The translations under genes and the position numbers were made by a program. A stretch of 64,000 nt of DNA from an uncultured Chloroflexia bacterium (GTDB lineage Bacteria; Chloroflexota; Dehalococcoidia; UBA2979). How positions within the stretch are numbered: position 1 is the first letter of the stretch; every line of letters begins with the position of its first letter. The stretch covers positions 640,001 to 704,000 of the forward strand of contig CAVSIV010000001.1 in the NCBI GenBank assembly GCA_963728205.1, given 5' to 3'. The notes under the pieces were generated by a model. The model was not told the origin of the DNA, ran no database searches, and saw only the letters and a list, made by a program, of their open reading frames with translations. Below are positions 39,142 to 49,384 of this stretch, in pieces.

Positions 39142-40117
39142 ATGCCGCACGTGCTCGCCGCCGACGTCGGCGGGACCTGGATGCGCGCCGCCGTCGTGAG
39201 CGACGCCGGCGCGGTGCTGGCGCGGCGGCAGGGCGCGACGCTGCCCGAGCGCGGCATCGAGGACGCGGCCGAGCGGCTCGCGACGCTGCTCGGCGAGGCG
39301 AGGCGCGAGGCGGGCGTTCCGGTCCTGGGGCTCGGCATCTCGAGCGCGGGGCCGATCGAACCCGCGTCGGGCACGTACGCGCACCCGCCGAACCTCCCTG
39401 GCTGGCACGGGTCCACGATGTGGCCGGTGCTCGAGAGCCTGCTCGCGGTGCCGGTCACGTTCGGGCACGACGCCACGCTCGCCGCCGTCGCGGAGACGCG
39501 CCTCGGCGCCGGCCGTGGGCTGCGCGATTCTGCTCTACATCACGGTCAGCACGGGCATCGGCGGCGGGATCGTGGCGAACGGCGCGCCGGTCACCGGCGC
39601 GCACGGCGGCGCGGGCGAGGTCGGCCACCTGATCGTCTCCCCCGGCGGCCGCGCCTGCGGCGCCGGCTGCGCCGGCTGCCTCGAGGGCGTTGCCTCCGGC
39701 CCCGCCATCGCCGCCGACGCGCGCGATCGCCTCGCCGCCGGCGCGGACATGGGCGGCGGCTCCGCGCTGCGCGCGGTCGCCGGCGCCGGGGAGCTCACCG
39801 CTGCCGACGTCTTCGTCGCGGCCGACGCCGGCGACGCGCTCGCGCGCGACGTCGTTGCCACGGCGATCGGTCACCTCGGCATCGGGATCGCGGGCCTGCT
39901 CGCCACGCTCGACCCCGCGCTCGTCGTGATCGGCGGCGGCGTGGGGCTCGCGCTCGCCAGCCGCGCCGATGCGCTGCAGGCGGCGGTGCGCGCCGTCGCG
40001 CTGCCCCGCTACGCCGGCGGCGCGCCGCTCGCGTTCACGGCGTTCGGCGACGACGTCGGGCTCATCGGCGCGGCGGTGGCGGCGTTCGCGGAGGTGGGAG
40101 TGGCGGTCGGGGAGTAG
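39142..40117 (+). CDS. ROK family sugar kinase (one extra T at 39528-39529, probably a sequencing error)
   Basis: ADVGGT...PNLPGW in one frame; YITVSTGIGGG, GEVGH, CGAGCAGCLEG in the next. GATTC to GATC restores the frame. Confidence 0.85.
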
Positions 40118-40198
40118 GTGGTTCGACTTCGCTCACCACGAACGGGACGCCGAGGAAGCCACTCAGCCGACCGTTCGTGGTAAGCGAAGTCGAACCAC
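40118..40198. repeat. REP/REPIN doublet, family 2
   Basis: GTGGTTCGACTTCGCTCACCACGAACGG ... CCGTTCGTGGTAAGCGAAGTCGAACCAC. Confidence 0.8.
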
Positions 40199-40209
40199 GG
40201 ATCCGCGCG

Positions 40210-41578
40210 CTACTTCCCCACCGGCCCGAGCACGCGGTCGAGGTACGCGTTCGAGAACGTGCCCTTCGGATCGACCCGCGCGCGCACCTGTTGGAACTCG
40301 TCCCAGCGGGGGTAGAGCGGCCGCAGCGTCGACGCGTTCTGGAAATGCAGCTTGCCCCAGTGCGGACGGCCGTCGTAGTCGCGCATCACCGCCTCGACCG
40401 CCGCGAAGTAGCGCTCGTACGGCTCGTGGCGTCGCATGTGCACCGCGATCGAGCAGGTCGCGCGACCCTGGCACATCGAGAGCGGGATGTCGTCGGCGGC
40501 CGCGAAGCGCACCTCGATCGGCATCGCGATGCGCTGCGGGCTCTGCGCGATCACCTCGCGCACGCGGCCGATGGCCTCGCGCGCGGCCTCGCGCGGGATG
40601 AAGTACTCCATCTCGTGGAAGCGGACCTTTCGCTCCGACGTGAAGACGAGATAGCTCCGGTCGACGTAGTCCTCGCGCGTCGTCGACGGCAGCAGCCGCC
40701 GCGCGCGGCGGGCGACGCCGGGCGCGACGCGGTCGACCTGGACGAGCCCGTTCGACGCGAGGTTCGCCACGAGCACGTCGTCGCGGAAGCGGCGCCACGC
40801 CGGCAGCGCGTCGGCCGGCCGCGGCGTGCGGTTGTTGCGCTTGGTGAACGCGAGCGACGAGCCCGGGTACCAGAAGAACTCGAAGTGCTCGTTCTCCGCG
40901 ACGTGGCGATTGAGAATCCTCGATCACCTCGTCGACGGGCAGCATCTGCTCGAGCGCGTGCAGGTTGAACGCCGGCTCGAGCCGCATCGTCACGGTCGAG
41001 ATCACGCCCAGCGCGCCGAGCCCGACGCGTGCCGCGCGGAAGAGCGCGGCGTCGTCCTCGGTGGAGCAGTCGACGACCGACCCGTCCGCGGTGACGACGC
41101 GCACGGCGGCGACCTGCGTGGCGAGGCAGCCGTAGCGGATACCGGTGCCGTGCGTGCCGGTGGAGATGGCGCCGCTGATGGTCTGGTAGGCGATGTCGCC
41201 CATGTCCTCCATGGCGAGTCCACGCGGGAAGACGCGACGGCTGAACGCGGCGAGGGTCATGCCGGACTGCGCGGTAGCGCGCAGCGTGGAGCGGTTGGTG
41301 CGCAGCAGGCGGCCGTAGCTGCGCAGGTCGAGCAGGTGGCCGTCGGTGAGGGCGATGCCGGTGAACGAGTGGCCCGAGCCGACGACCTTCACGCGTTCGC
41401 CGATCACCGATGCGGAGCCGACGATCGCGGCGATCTCGTCCTCGGTGCGGGGCCGATGGATCTCGAGCGGCGAGCAGACCTGCGTGCCGGCCCAGTTGTG
41501 CCAGCGGGTGCGTTCCTGAGTGGGCAGGGGCACGTCGACTCCCGTTCGTGGCGCCGCGGGGCGCCGAGCACGGGGCAT
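40210..41578 (-). CDS. D-arabinono-1,4-lactone oxidase-like FAD oxidoreductase (one extra base near 40915)
   Basis: WHNWAG, VGSGHSF, TGTHGTG, GLGALGVI, then EMEY, GRPHWGK, DPKGTF. GATTC to GATC restores ...EDLNRHVAENEHFEFFW. Start uncertain. Confidence 0.85.
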
Positions 41579-41611
41579 GATCCGGCGAGGGGGAGTCTCG
41601 GGCAAGGCGTG

Positions 41612-41709
41612 GGTTCGACTGCGCTCACCACGAACGGACGCGAGGGGAGGCCGTCAGCGGAGCGCTCGCGAGGCCGGTCCTGGCCGATCATGGTGAGCGC
41701 AGTCGAACC
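41612..41709. repeat. REP/REPIN doublet, family 2
   Basis: GGTTCGACTGCGCTCACCACGAACGG ... CCGATCATGGTGAGCGCAGTCGAACC. Confidence 0.75.
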
Positions 41710-41725
41710 ACGAACCGGCGCTGCG

Positions 41726-42460
41726 TCAGAGCGCGCGCAGGATCTCCGCCGGTGCGTTCGACGTGATCGACGCGACGCCGAGCGCGGCGAGCGCCCGCGC
41801 GGCCGCCGGTGCGTTCACCGTCCACGTCGTCACCACCAGGTTGCGGCGCTCCGCCTCGCGCATCAGCGCCGCGTCGACGAGCCGATAATCCGGGTTCACG
41901 CCGTCGAGTCCGAGGCCGGCCGCGAGGTCGACGGCGCGACGCAGTCCGTCCACGCCCTCTCGCTGCTGGACGCTCACCGTCGCGACCGCGCTGTGGAGGT
42001 GGCGCTTGAGTGCGGCCAGCTCGCGCGCGTCCGGACCGGTGAGCCGGCAGACGTCGGCGAGACCCGAGCGCCGCACCGCCTCCGCGATGCCGTCGACGAG
42101 GCGGGGCGCGCAGATGTCGACGACCGGGTAGACGTCGCCGGCCCGGAAGGCCGCGAGCGCCTCGGAGAGCGTGGGGACGCGCTCCGGCGTCTGCGCGCCG
42201 CCCGGTCCGCGCAGCGCGAGCATGCGCACCTGGTCGACGGTGACCGCGTCGACGCGTCTGTCGATGCCGGTCGTGCGCGCGAGCGTGTCGTCGTGCACGA
42301 GGACGAGCGTGCCGTCCGCCAGCGCGCGCACGTCGAACTCGACACCGTCGACGCCGTCCGCGATCGCGGCGGCGATGCCGGCGAGCGAGTTCTCGGGATG
42401 CGTCGCCATGTGCGTGCGATGCGAGACGATGAGCGGCCGGCGCGGAGGATCGCCTACCAC
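41726..42460 (-). CDS. Glycerophosphodiester phosphodiesterase family
   Basis: SHR..PENSL, EFDVR, LVHD.TLARTT, RVPTLSE, TWTVN, GVASITSN. Confidence 0.85.
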   Translation of the reverse strand: MVGDPPRRPLIVSHRTHMATHPENSLAGIAAAIADGVDGVEFDVRALADGTLVLVHDDTLARTTGIDRRVDAVTVDQVRMLALRGPGGAQTPERVPTLSEALAAFRAGDVYPVVDICAPRLVDGIAEAVRRSGLADVCRLTGPDARELAALKRHLHSAVATVSVQQREGVDGLRRAVDLAAGLGLDGVNPDYRLVDAALMREAERRNLVVTTWTVNAPAAARALAALGVASITSNAPAEILRAL

Positions 42461-42642
42461 CAGCCGACCTTGTGGAGCTTGCCGGAGTGCTCCCAGCCGC
42501 GCGTGCCCGTCTTCTGGATGCGCGCGAGGTGCTTGGCGCAGAGCCAGAGCGTCAGACGCTCGCGGTCGTCGTCGATCCAGCGGAGGATGGCGACCTCGGC
42601 CTTGGGCGGGGCAGTGCAGAATTCGCAGCGCTGTGTGGGCAT
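42454..42642 (-). CDS. Small putative Zn-binding protein (CxxC...CxxH)
   Basis: MPTQRCEFC...LWLCAKHL; its stop overlaps the GDPD start. Confidence 0.55.
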   Translation of the reverse strand: MPTQRCEFCTAPPKAEVAILRWIDDDRERLTLWLCAKHLARIQKTGTRGWEHSGKLHKVGWW

Positions 42643-42745
42643 GGCGGGATCGTAGCAGCGCGCGCCCCGGCTGGCTGCCGATCGCGTGCGGCGCTCGGGT
42701 GGGGTGGTCGGGCGCCGCCGGGATGCGCGCGGCGAGAGGCGGGAG

Positions 42746-43312
42746 ATGGACGCGGGTCGAACGACACGCTGGGCGACGGCGGCGAGCGCGCTGCTCGCGC
42801 TGGCGGTCGCCACACTGGGCGCCGTCGTGATCCGTCGCGGCGACACCGGCGGGCTCGACCCCTGGCGCACGGTCATCGTCGCGTGGGCCGTCGCGCCGTT
42901 CGCGCTGCCGTGCTGGGTCGCACACCGGCCGGCGCGAGCGGCGGACCGGCTCCCGGCATTGTGGTTTGCGGTGCCGATCGGCGCCGTGGCGTCGGTGTTC
43001 AGCTACCTCGCGCTGCTGCCTTCGCTGCTGCTCCTGCTCGCCGCCGCGGTGCGCGCTTCGCGCGGCGTCTTCGGCGCCGAGGGAGCCGGCGGCGCCGCGA
43101 CGGGCGGCGCGCTGCTGTTCGCGGGCGGATGGATCGCGGGATTCCGCGCGCTCTTCGCCTCGGCCGACGCGCGCTGCGGCGGCATCCCCGGCGGGTCGAC
43201 CTGCACCAGCGACGTCGTGACGGCGCCGGAGGCGGTGATCGCGCTGGCGCTCCTGGCGACGGGCGTCGTGCTCGCGGCGTGGCTCGCCGGACGCCGCGTG
43301 CGGTCCGCGTGA
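42746..43312 (+). CDS. Hypothetical membrane protein
   Basis: Several hydrophobic segments and a C-x7-C loop. Confidence 0.5.
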   Translation: MDAGRTTRWATAASALLALAVATLGAVVIRRGDTGGLDPWRTVIVAWAVAPFALPCWVAHRPARAADRLPALWFAVPIGAVASVFSYLALLPSLLLLLAAAVRASRGVFGAEGAGGAATGGALLFAGGWIAGFRALFASADARCGGIPGGSTCTSDVVTAPEAVIALALLATGVVLAAWLAGRRVRSA

Positions 43313-43382
43313 TGCGGCGCGGGGCAGGCGGAGTCGCTGGCACGGGGTTCTCGCGCAAGCAGGCTGCGCGCGCGTCCGGAAC

Positions 43383-45132
43383 CTACAGCGCGTCGTGCAG
43401 CGCTTCGCCGCGGTGCAGCCGCGCGGCGATGTCGAACGTCTGGCCGACGGCACGCACCGTCGGCGCGTGCGCCGTGAGGAAGCGCGCGGCGCCGATCAGC
43501 ACGTGGTCGCCCTCGGGCCGCCCGCGGAAGTGCCCGAACTGCCGCACCGCCGCCTCGTAGATCTGGAACATGTGGAAGCCGGCGTCCTCGCGCAGCAGCG
43601 CGTGGCCGAGCGTGCCCACCACCGCGTCGTGGCGCCCCGCCGCGAGCATCGACGCGACGAGTGCGGCCGTCTCGTCGACCCGTTGCTGCCGGTCGAAGCG
43701 CGCGAGCACGTCGTCCCGCGACGCGATCGTCCCGGCCCCGCCGGCGGCGGGGATCGGCTGCTTCGGCACGTTGAGGAAGCGCTCGAGGTAGACGGACATC
43801 GCGCCGTCGAAGATGCCGCGCGCGAGGTCGCGCGACGGCGCGCGGCGCATCGCCTGGTCGACGGCGTTCGTGTACGTGAACGTGTGGTGCACGGTGTCCC
43901 AGTCGCCGAACTCGTTCGACACGTGGAAGTGCACCGGCCGGCGCGCCGCCGCGTAGGCGACCGCCGCGGCGAGCTCCACGAGCGGCGCGCCGGCGCGCAC
44001 GGCGTCGAGCATCGCTGTCAGCGACGTCTGCGGCTCGTCGTCGAGGATCGACTCCGCCACGGCGCGGTGGTCGTCCCAGCCCTCGTCGCGCTCGCCGCCC
44101 TCCGCGAGCGCCTCGTCGAGCAGCCCGTACGTGTCCTCGCAGCAGGGCCGGCAGGTCGACCGGGTGCTGCCACGCCGACGTCTCCTCCATGCGCGTCGCG
44201 CGCACGAGCGGGCCGATTAGTGCCGGGAGGATTGCCTCGGCGTGGTCCCAGCCGATGAGGTCGAGCAGCTCGAAGGCCTTGTTCGCGAAGTCGAGCGCGT
44301 GGCCCTCGTCGAGGAAGCGGTGGTCGGTGCACGCGGCGAAGATCATGTCGGCAAGCTGGGGCGGCGGGAGGCCGATGCGGATCGCCGTGCGCAGGCAGCG
44401 CTCGGCCGGCTCCGCCGAGCGGGTCTCGATGAAGCGCCGGAACCACTGGCGGTAGACCTCCGGCCGGCGCTCGGTCGTCGCGAGCGGCTCGAGGTCGAAA
44501 TCGGGCGGCTCGCCCTCGGTGTCGGCCGCCACGTGCGTGAGTGCCTGGTAGAGCGCCCGCGGGCGGTCTCCCGGGTCGAGCACCGGCAGCACGTTGCCCA
44601 TGGCGGTGAGGATCGACATCCCGGCGCTCCAGCCGGCGGCGCGGTTGGCGGCGCCGAACAGCGCGGCGCGCTCGAGCAGCGGCGCGGTCTCGCCCAGCTC
44701 GTGCAGCCCGATCACGGACTTCGCCAGCACGAGCCGGATGTTCTGCTCGAGCCCCTCCTGCAGCTTGCCCACCCAGTGCGCGCGCCGGTCGCCCTCGGCC
44801 GGCGTCGGGTCGAGCCACACGTCGCCGTCGCGCACCTCGGCGTGGAAGGTGGGGACGTCGTCGGCGAAGGGATCGAAGGTGCAGCCGCCGGCGAGATCGA
44901 AGCGCGCGTGGTGCCAGTGGCAGGTGAGGATGCCGTCGCGCACCGTGCCGCGGCTGAGCGGGAAGCCCATGTGCGGGCAGCGGTTGTCGAGCGCGTGCAC
45001 GCGGCCCTCGTGGACGAAGAGCACGACCGGCCGGTCGCCGGCGGACACGACCTTCGGCTGATCGCGCTCGAGCTCGGCGAGCGAGCAGACGCGGGTCGCG
45101 GTCGGGCGGTCGGTGCGGTGGGTCGTGGTCAT
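43383..45132 (-). CDS. Rieske [2Fe-2S] domain protein with long helical C-terminal region (one extra base at about 44140)
   Basis: CPHMG...CHWH Rieske ligands. Removing one base (CTGCGAG to CTCGAG) joins the frames: ...LLEDTYGLLDEAL...VAESILDD. Confidence 0.8.
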
Positions 45133-45288
45133 CGGGCGGCTCCGTTCGCGCGGTGGGCGTGGCGACGACCCTACGACTTCGAGCGTGCTCGAAGTCAAGG
45201 CGACGGGTGCGGCTGACGCGGCGTGCATCGAGCGGCGCCTTGACCAGGTGCCGCTCGAACCGGGCTGGTCGCTGGTAGTGTGGCGCGC

Positions 45289-45582
45289 ATGACCGAACCC
45301 GAGCGGCTCTTCACCCTCGACGAGGCGCGCGCGTTGCTGGGGGGCGTGCGTGACCTCGCACCCGACGGGCTCCGCCAGCCGCTGAGCCGCGCTGACGTCG
45401 CGGCGGTCCTCAGCGCCGGCATCGAGATCAAGGGCGTTGACCCGCTGCTGCTCGACTTCCCGGCCGAGGTCGCGGGCGTGCCGGCGTACTGGTGCTGGCG
45501 CGAGGGCGAGGACGGCATCGACTGGTGGCACCCGCGCGACACCGGCTTTGCCGGGCGCCGCCGCGTCGACGACCTCGACTAG
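45289..45582 (+). CDS. DUF2203-like protein
   Basis: FTLDEARALL, LLDFP, YWCWREGE, WWH...GFAGR. Confidence 0.75.
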   Translation: MTEPERLFTLDEARALLGGVRDLAPDGLRQPLSRADVAAVLSAGIEIKGVDPLLLDFPAEVAGVPAYWCWREGEDGIDWWHPRDTGFAGRRRVDDLD

Positions 45583-45586
45583 GCGC

Positions 45587-46390
45587 TCAGGCCCGGCGCG
45601 ACCAGCGCGTCTGGGGCGGCTCCTCGCGTTCGCCGTCGACGTAGATCGCGTCGACGCGCTCGTTGTAGAAGCAGATCAGCCCCGCGATCTTCGGGCACTC
45701 CGGCACCGGGAACGGATGGGACCAGGCCACGTCCTCGCGGACCTCGCCGCCGGCGCGCACGCTCCAGTAGCGCGCCACGCCCTTGTACGGGCACTGCGTC
45801 TGCGTGTCGGTTGGCTCCAGCAGGTCGAGCCGCACGTCCTCGGGCGAGAGGTAGTAGCGCGTCGGCAGGCCCGTCTCGAAGAGCAGCCACGGGCGATGCG
45901 ACTCCGCGACCGTGACGCCGCCGATCTCCACGCGCACGTGGCGCGACGAGCGCAACACGTCCACGCGCTTGTACGGGTCGCGGGGGTGGACGAGGACCTC
46001 CTCGTCCTCCTCGAACCACTGGTCCATGCGGTTCCAGTAGAACGCGACGTAGCCGGCGAGCGATGCCTGCTCTTCGTGCGGCTGCGGGTACGACCACACC
46101 GCGTTCTCTTCGACGCGGTCGCCGACCCGGAGCGTCCAGTACGACGCCTCGCCCTTCCACGGGCAGGTCGTGTGGTGATCGGTCGACTCGAGCAGGTCCA
46201 TGCGCACATCGTCGAGCGGCAGGTAGTAGACGGGCACATGCCCGATCTCGTGCAGCAGCAGCGCGCCGCGCGTGTCGGCGATCCACTCGCCGCCGAAGCG
46301 CACGCGCACGCGGCGCGGGCAGGGCTCGACGAGCACGTGCGGCTCGCCGCTCTGCTCGCGGGCGATCACGCGGACGGAGCTGACTTCCAT
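45587..46390 (-). CDS. DUF427 (tandem domain) protein
   Basis: Two CP(W/Y)KG.A.YW repeats, HPRDPYKRVD. Confidence 0.9.
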   Translation of the reverse strand: MEVSSVRVIAREQSGEPHVLVEPCPRRVRVRFGGEWIADTRGALLLHEIGHVPVYYLPLDDVRMDLLESTDHHTTCPWKGEASYWTLRVGDRVEENAVWSYPQPHEEQASLAGYVAFYWNRMDQWFEEDEEVLVHPRDPYKRVDVLRSSRHVRVEIGGVTVAESHRPWLLFETGLPTRYYLSPEDVRLDLLEPTDTQTQCPYKGVARYWSVRAGGEVREDVAWSHPFPVPECPKIAGLICFYNERVDAIYVDGEREEPPQTRWSRRA

Positions 46391-46460
46391 GAGCGGCCTC
46401 CGATCGGCGGGTGCGCGACGAGGGTACGACCGCGCGTCGTACCCTCCTCGACCGGCCGCA

Positions 46461-46844
46461 ATGGACCGGCGTTCCTCGATATACTCGACGGGAGCGAGAG
46501 ATTCGGCGCCGTCGGGGCGTCGCGGGAGGTTCGACTTCGTGCGGATCGTCGCCAAGCTGCTCGAGGACTTCAACAGCGACTGGCACTGGGTGGACCTGCA
46601 TGACGCGGAGCTGGTCGACCCCGCCGATCGCGTCTATCAGATCAGCGGCGCGGACACCGTCTGCGGCATCCGTTTGAGCGGGCCGAACACGACGCGCCTG
46701 CACGACACGGGTGCGCCGCCCGAGCCGGACTGCCCTGCCTGCCTCGAGGGCGGCGGGCTTGACCCGTCCGAGATGGTGCGCCTGGCGCAGGAGCTGACCG
46801 AGGCGGTGGCCGTTCCGGTGCGCCCGCTCCGGCAGGCACGCTAG
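46461..46844 (+). CDS. Hypothetical protein (WH...TVCG...CPAC, putative Zn finger)
   Basis: His/Cys pattern; the start may instead be GTG 46539. Confidence 0.5.
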   Translation: MDRRSSIYSTGARDSAPSGRRGRFDFVRIVAKLLEDFNSDWHWVDLHDAELVDPADRVYQISGADTVCGIRLSGPNTTRLHDTGAPPEPDCPACLEGGGLDPSEMVRLAQELTEAVAVPVRPLRQAR

Positions 46845-46888
46845 CGCGCCTCGGCGCCCGCCGCGGGGCAGCGCCTGAGGAGCGATCG

Positions 46889-47227
46889 ATGGCACGACTC
46901 GTGGTCTACGGTCGCTCGGGCTACTGCCCCGACATGGCGCGCTGGCGGCGCTGGCTCGCCGACTACGCCGTGGACTTCGTCGAGTTCGACATCGACACCG
47001 ATCCGGACGCTTACGACCGCATGATCCGCTGGACCGGCCACGAGTCGGTGCCGACGCTCGTGATCGCCCCGGACGACGACGTGGAGCCGGTCGCCGCGCC
47101 TGCACCGCTTCCAGCCGGCCGCGGCCCGCGAGGCATCGACCGTGGGACGATGCTCACCGAGCCGGCCGCCGGCCAGGTCTCGGCATTCCTCGAGCGCAAC
47201 GCGATTCCCTTCGCGGCGCGCGCATGA
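46889..47227 (+). CDS. Glutaredoxin-like protein
   Basis: YCPDM (single Cys), EFDID.D, TGHESVPTLV cis-Pro motif. Confidence 0.7.
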   Translation: MARLVVYGRSGYCPDMARWRRWLADYAVDFVEFDIDTDPDAYDRMIRWTGHESVPTLVIAPDDDVEPVAAPAPLPAGRGPRGIDRGTMLTEPAAGQVSAFLERNAIPFAARA

Positions 47228-47324
47228 GCCACCTCGCGCTCCGCAGCGGCGCCGCTGAGGGCGGTCGCCCGGGCGACCGCCCGGTTCACGTCGGCTGCCG
47301 CGTCGCGCCCGCGGCCCGCGACTC

Positions 47325-48266
47325 CTAGCGCGAGCCGCGCAGGCGCGGGTCGAGCACGTCGCGCACCGCGTCGCCGAACATGTTGGTCGCGAAGACGACA
47401 AGGGTGATCGCGACGCCCGGCAGCATCGCCAGGCGCGGGTTCGTCTTGAAGTAGGCGTTGCCCGTCGCCGACAGCATCGCGCCCCACGACGGCGTCGGCG
47501 GCTGAGCGCCGATGCCGAGGAACGAGAGCGACGCCTCGATGATGATCGCCACGCCGAGGACGTAGGTCGCGAGCACGATCATCGGCGCGATCACGTTGGG
47601 CAGGATGTGGCGGAACATGATGCGTCGGTCCGTGCAGCCGATGCAGCGTGCGGCCTCGACCCACATGTTGTGCTTGGCGGCGAGCGCCGATCCGCGAATG
47701 ACGCGCGCGGGCCGGGGGATCGACAGGAACGCGACGACCCAGAAGCCCTGCCAGATGCCCGGGCCGATGATCGAGACGATCGCGATCGCCAGCACGAGGA
47801 ACGGCACGACCTGGATGGAGTCGACGACGCGCTGGATCACCAGGTCGGTCTTCCCGCCCACGTACGCGGAGAAGAGCCCGACGACGCTGCCCAGCGGGAT
47901 CGAGATGAACGCGACGCCGAGCGCGAAGAAGACGGAGATCTGCGTGCCCTTGAGCAGGCGGCTGAGCATGTCGCGGCCGAGGTTGTCCGTGCCGAGCACG
48001 TAGAAGTGCGTGCCGTCGCGCGATGTCGTCCACATCCCGAGCAGGCGGTCCGCGCCGCGGAACTTCTCGGGGTCATAGGGCAGGATGAGCCCGGTGTACG
48101 CGCCCACCGCGATGACGAGCGCGAGTACGGAAAGGACCCCGCAGATCGCGCCGAGCGGCCGCTGCCTGGCGAATTTCCAGGTGCTTCGGCGGTAGCGCGT
48201 GAGCGCGCCCGGCCCCTGTAGCGACTGGACGCCGACGCCCCCAATCGCGGTTTCTCGCGTTGCCAT
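47325..48266 (-). CDS. Peptide/nickel ABC permease (DppC/OppC-like)
   Basis: LGTDNLGRDMLSRL, EAARCIG..RHILPN, LSFLGIG..PPTPSWG. Confidence 0.9.
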   Translation of the reverse strand: MATRETAIGGVGVQSLQGPGALTRYRRSTWKFARQRPLGAICGVLSVLALVIAVGAYTGLILPYDPEKFRGADRLLGMWTTSRDGTHFYVLGTDNLGRDMLSRLLKGTQISVFFALGVAFISIPLGSVVGLFSAYVGGKTDLVIQRVVDSIQVVPFLVLAIAIVSIIGPGIWQGFWVVAFLSIPRPARVIRGSALAAKHNMWVEAARCIGCTDRRIMFRHILPNVIAPMIVLATYVLGVAIIIEASLSFLGIGAQPPTPSWGAMLSATGNAYFKTNPRLAMLPGVAITLVVFATNMFGDAVRDVLDPRLRGSR

Positions 48267-48289
48267 GACGTCACCCCCTCAGGGAGTCG

Positions 48290-49240
48290 CTACGCGTAAC
48301 GGATGCGCGGGTCGAGCCATGAGTAGCTGAGATCCACGAGCAGGTTCGCGAGCAGCGTGACCGTCACGAGGATGAGCAGGATCCCCTGCACCAGCGGGTA
48401 GTCGCGCTGCAGCACCGCGTTGATGTAGGTGTTTCCGACGCCGTTGATGCTGAAGACCTGCTCGACGATCACCGAGCCGCCGATCACCTGTGCGATCTGG
48501 AAGCCCAGCAGCGTGATCACGGGGATCAGCGCGTTCCGGAACGCGTGCTTGAAGATCACGGAGCGTTCGTTGAGGCCCTTCGCACGTGCCGTGCGCACGT
48601 AGTCCTCGCGCTGCGTCTCGAGCATCGTCGTGCGGATCATGCGCATGTTCTGCGCCGAGAGCGCCGCGCCCAGCACAAAGGCGGCCGGGAGGAACTGCTG
48701 GAGGTTCCCCCACGGGTTCTGCCACAGCGGTTGGTAGCTCTGCGGCGGGAACCAGCCGAACCACTGCGCCGCGTAGATGATGATCATCGTGGCCAGGAAG
48801 AAGTTCGGGATCGAGATGCCCATGATCGAGATGCTGCGCCCCAGGTAGTCGATCCACGTGTCCTGGTACACGGCCGACGACACCCCGACCGGGATCGCGA
48901 TCAGCAATCCGACCACGATGGCGATGGCGCCGAGCTCGAAGCTGATGGGCGCGGCGTGCTGCACGACCTTGAGCACGGGCTGGTTCAACCAGAACGATGT
49001 GCCCCAGTCGCCGTGCGTGATGCCGCCGATCCAGCGGAAGTACTGGACGGGCGCCGGCACGTCGAGTCCGAGCTCGTGCCGGAAGAGCTGCTCGGTCTGC
49101 TTGTCGACGCCGCGCGCCTCCGCCATCTGCGCGACGACGTAGTCGCCGGGCATGATGCGCAGCAGGCCGAACGTCAGGATCGTGATCACCACGATCGTCG
49201 GGATCATCAGGATCAGGCGGCGAATGATGTAGCGCTGCAT
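48290..49240 (-). CDS. Peptide/nickel ABC permease (DppB/OppB-like)
   Basis: DYVRTARAKGL, KHAFRNAL, RDYPLVQG, LDPRIR. Confidence 0.9.
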   Translation of the reverse strand: MQRYIIRRLILMIPTIVVITILTFGLLRIMPGDYVVAQMAEARGVDKQTEQLFRHELGLDVPAPVQYFRWIGGITHGDWGTSFWLNQPVLKVVQHAAPISFELGAIAIVVGLLIAIPVGVSSAVYQDTWIDYLGRSISIMGISIPNFFLATMIIIYAAQWFGWFPPQSYQPLWQNPWGNLQQFLPAAFVLGAALSAQNMRMIRTTMLETQREDYVRTARAKGLNERSVIFKHAFRNALIPVITLLGFQIAQVIGGSVIVEQVFSINGVGNTYINAVLQRDYPLVQGILLILVTVTLLANLLVDLSYSWLDPRIRYA

Positions 49241-49384
49241 CGGCTGCTCCGCTTCGGCCCGGCCCGGGCGAATCTAGATGAGGCACCGGCAGGATGGCGT
49301 ACGTGTGAACGGGCTCTCGGTGCGCGGAACGATAGTCAACCCGAAACACGCATGTAAAGGGCCCCCGCGTCCCCGAGGCATGGG

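Noticed and set aside
13944-44140. Programmed frameshifting or true pseudogenes
   Set aside because: No slippery sequences, both halves are well conserved, and the indels fall on a shared motif, so sequencing error is more parsimonious.
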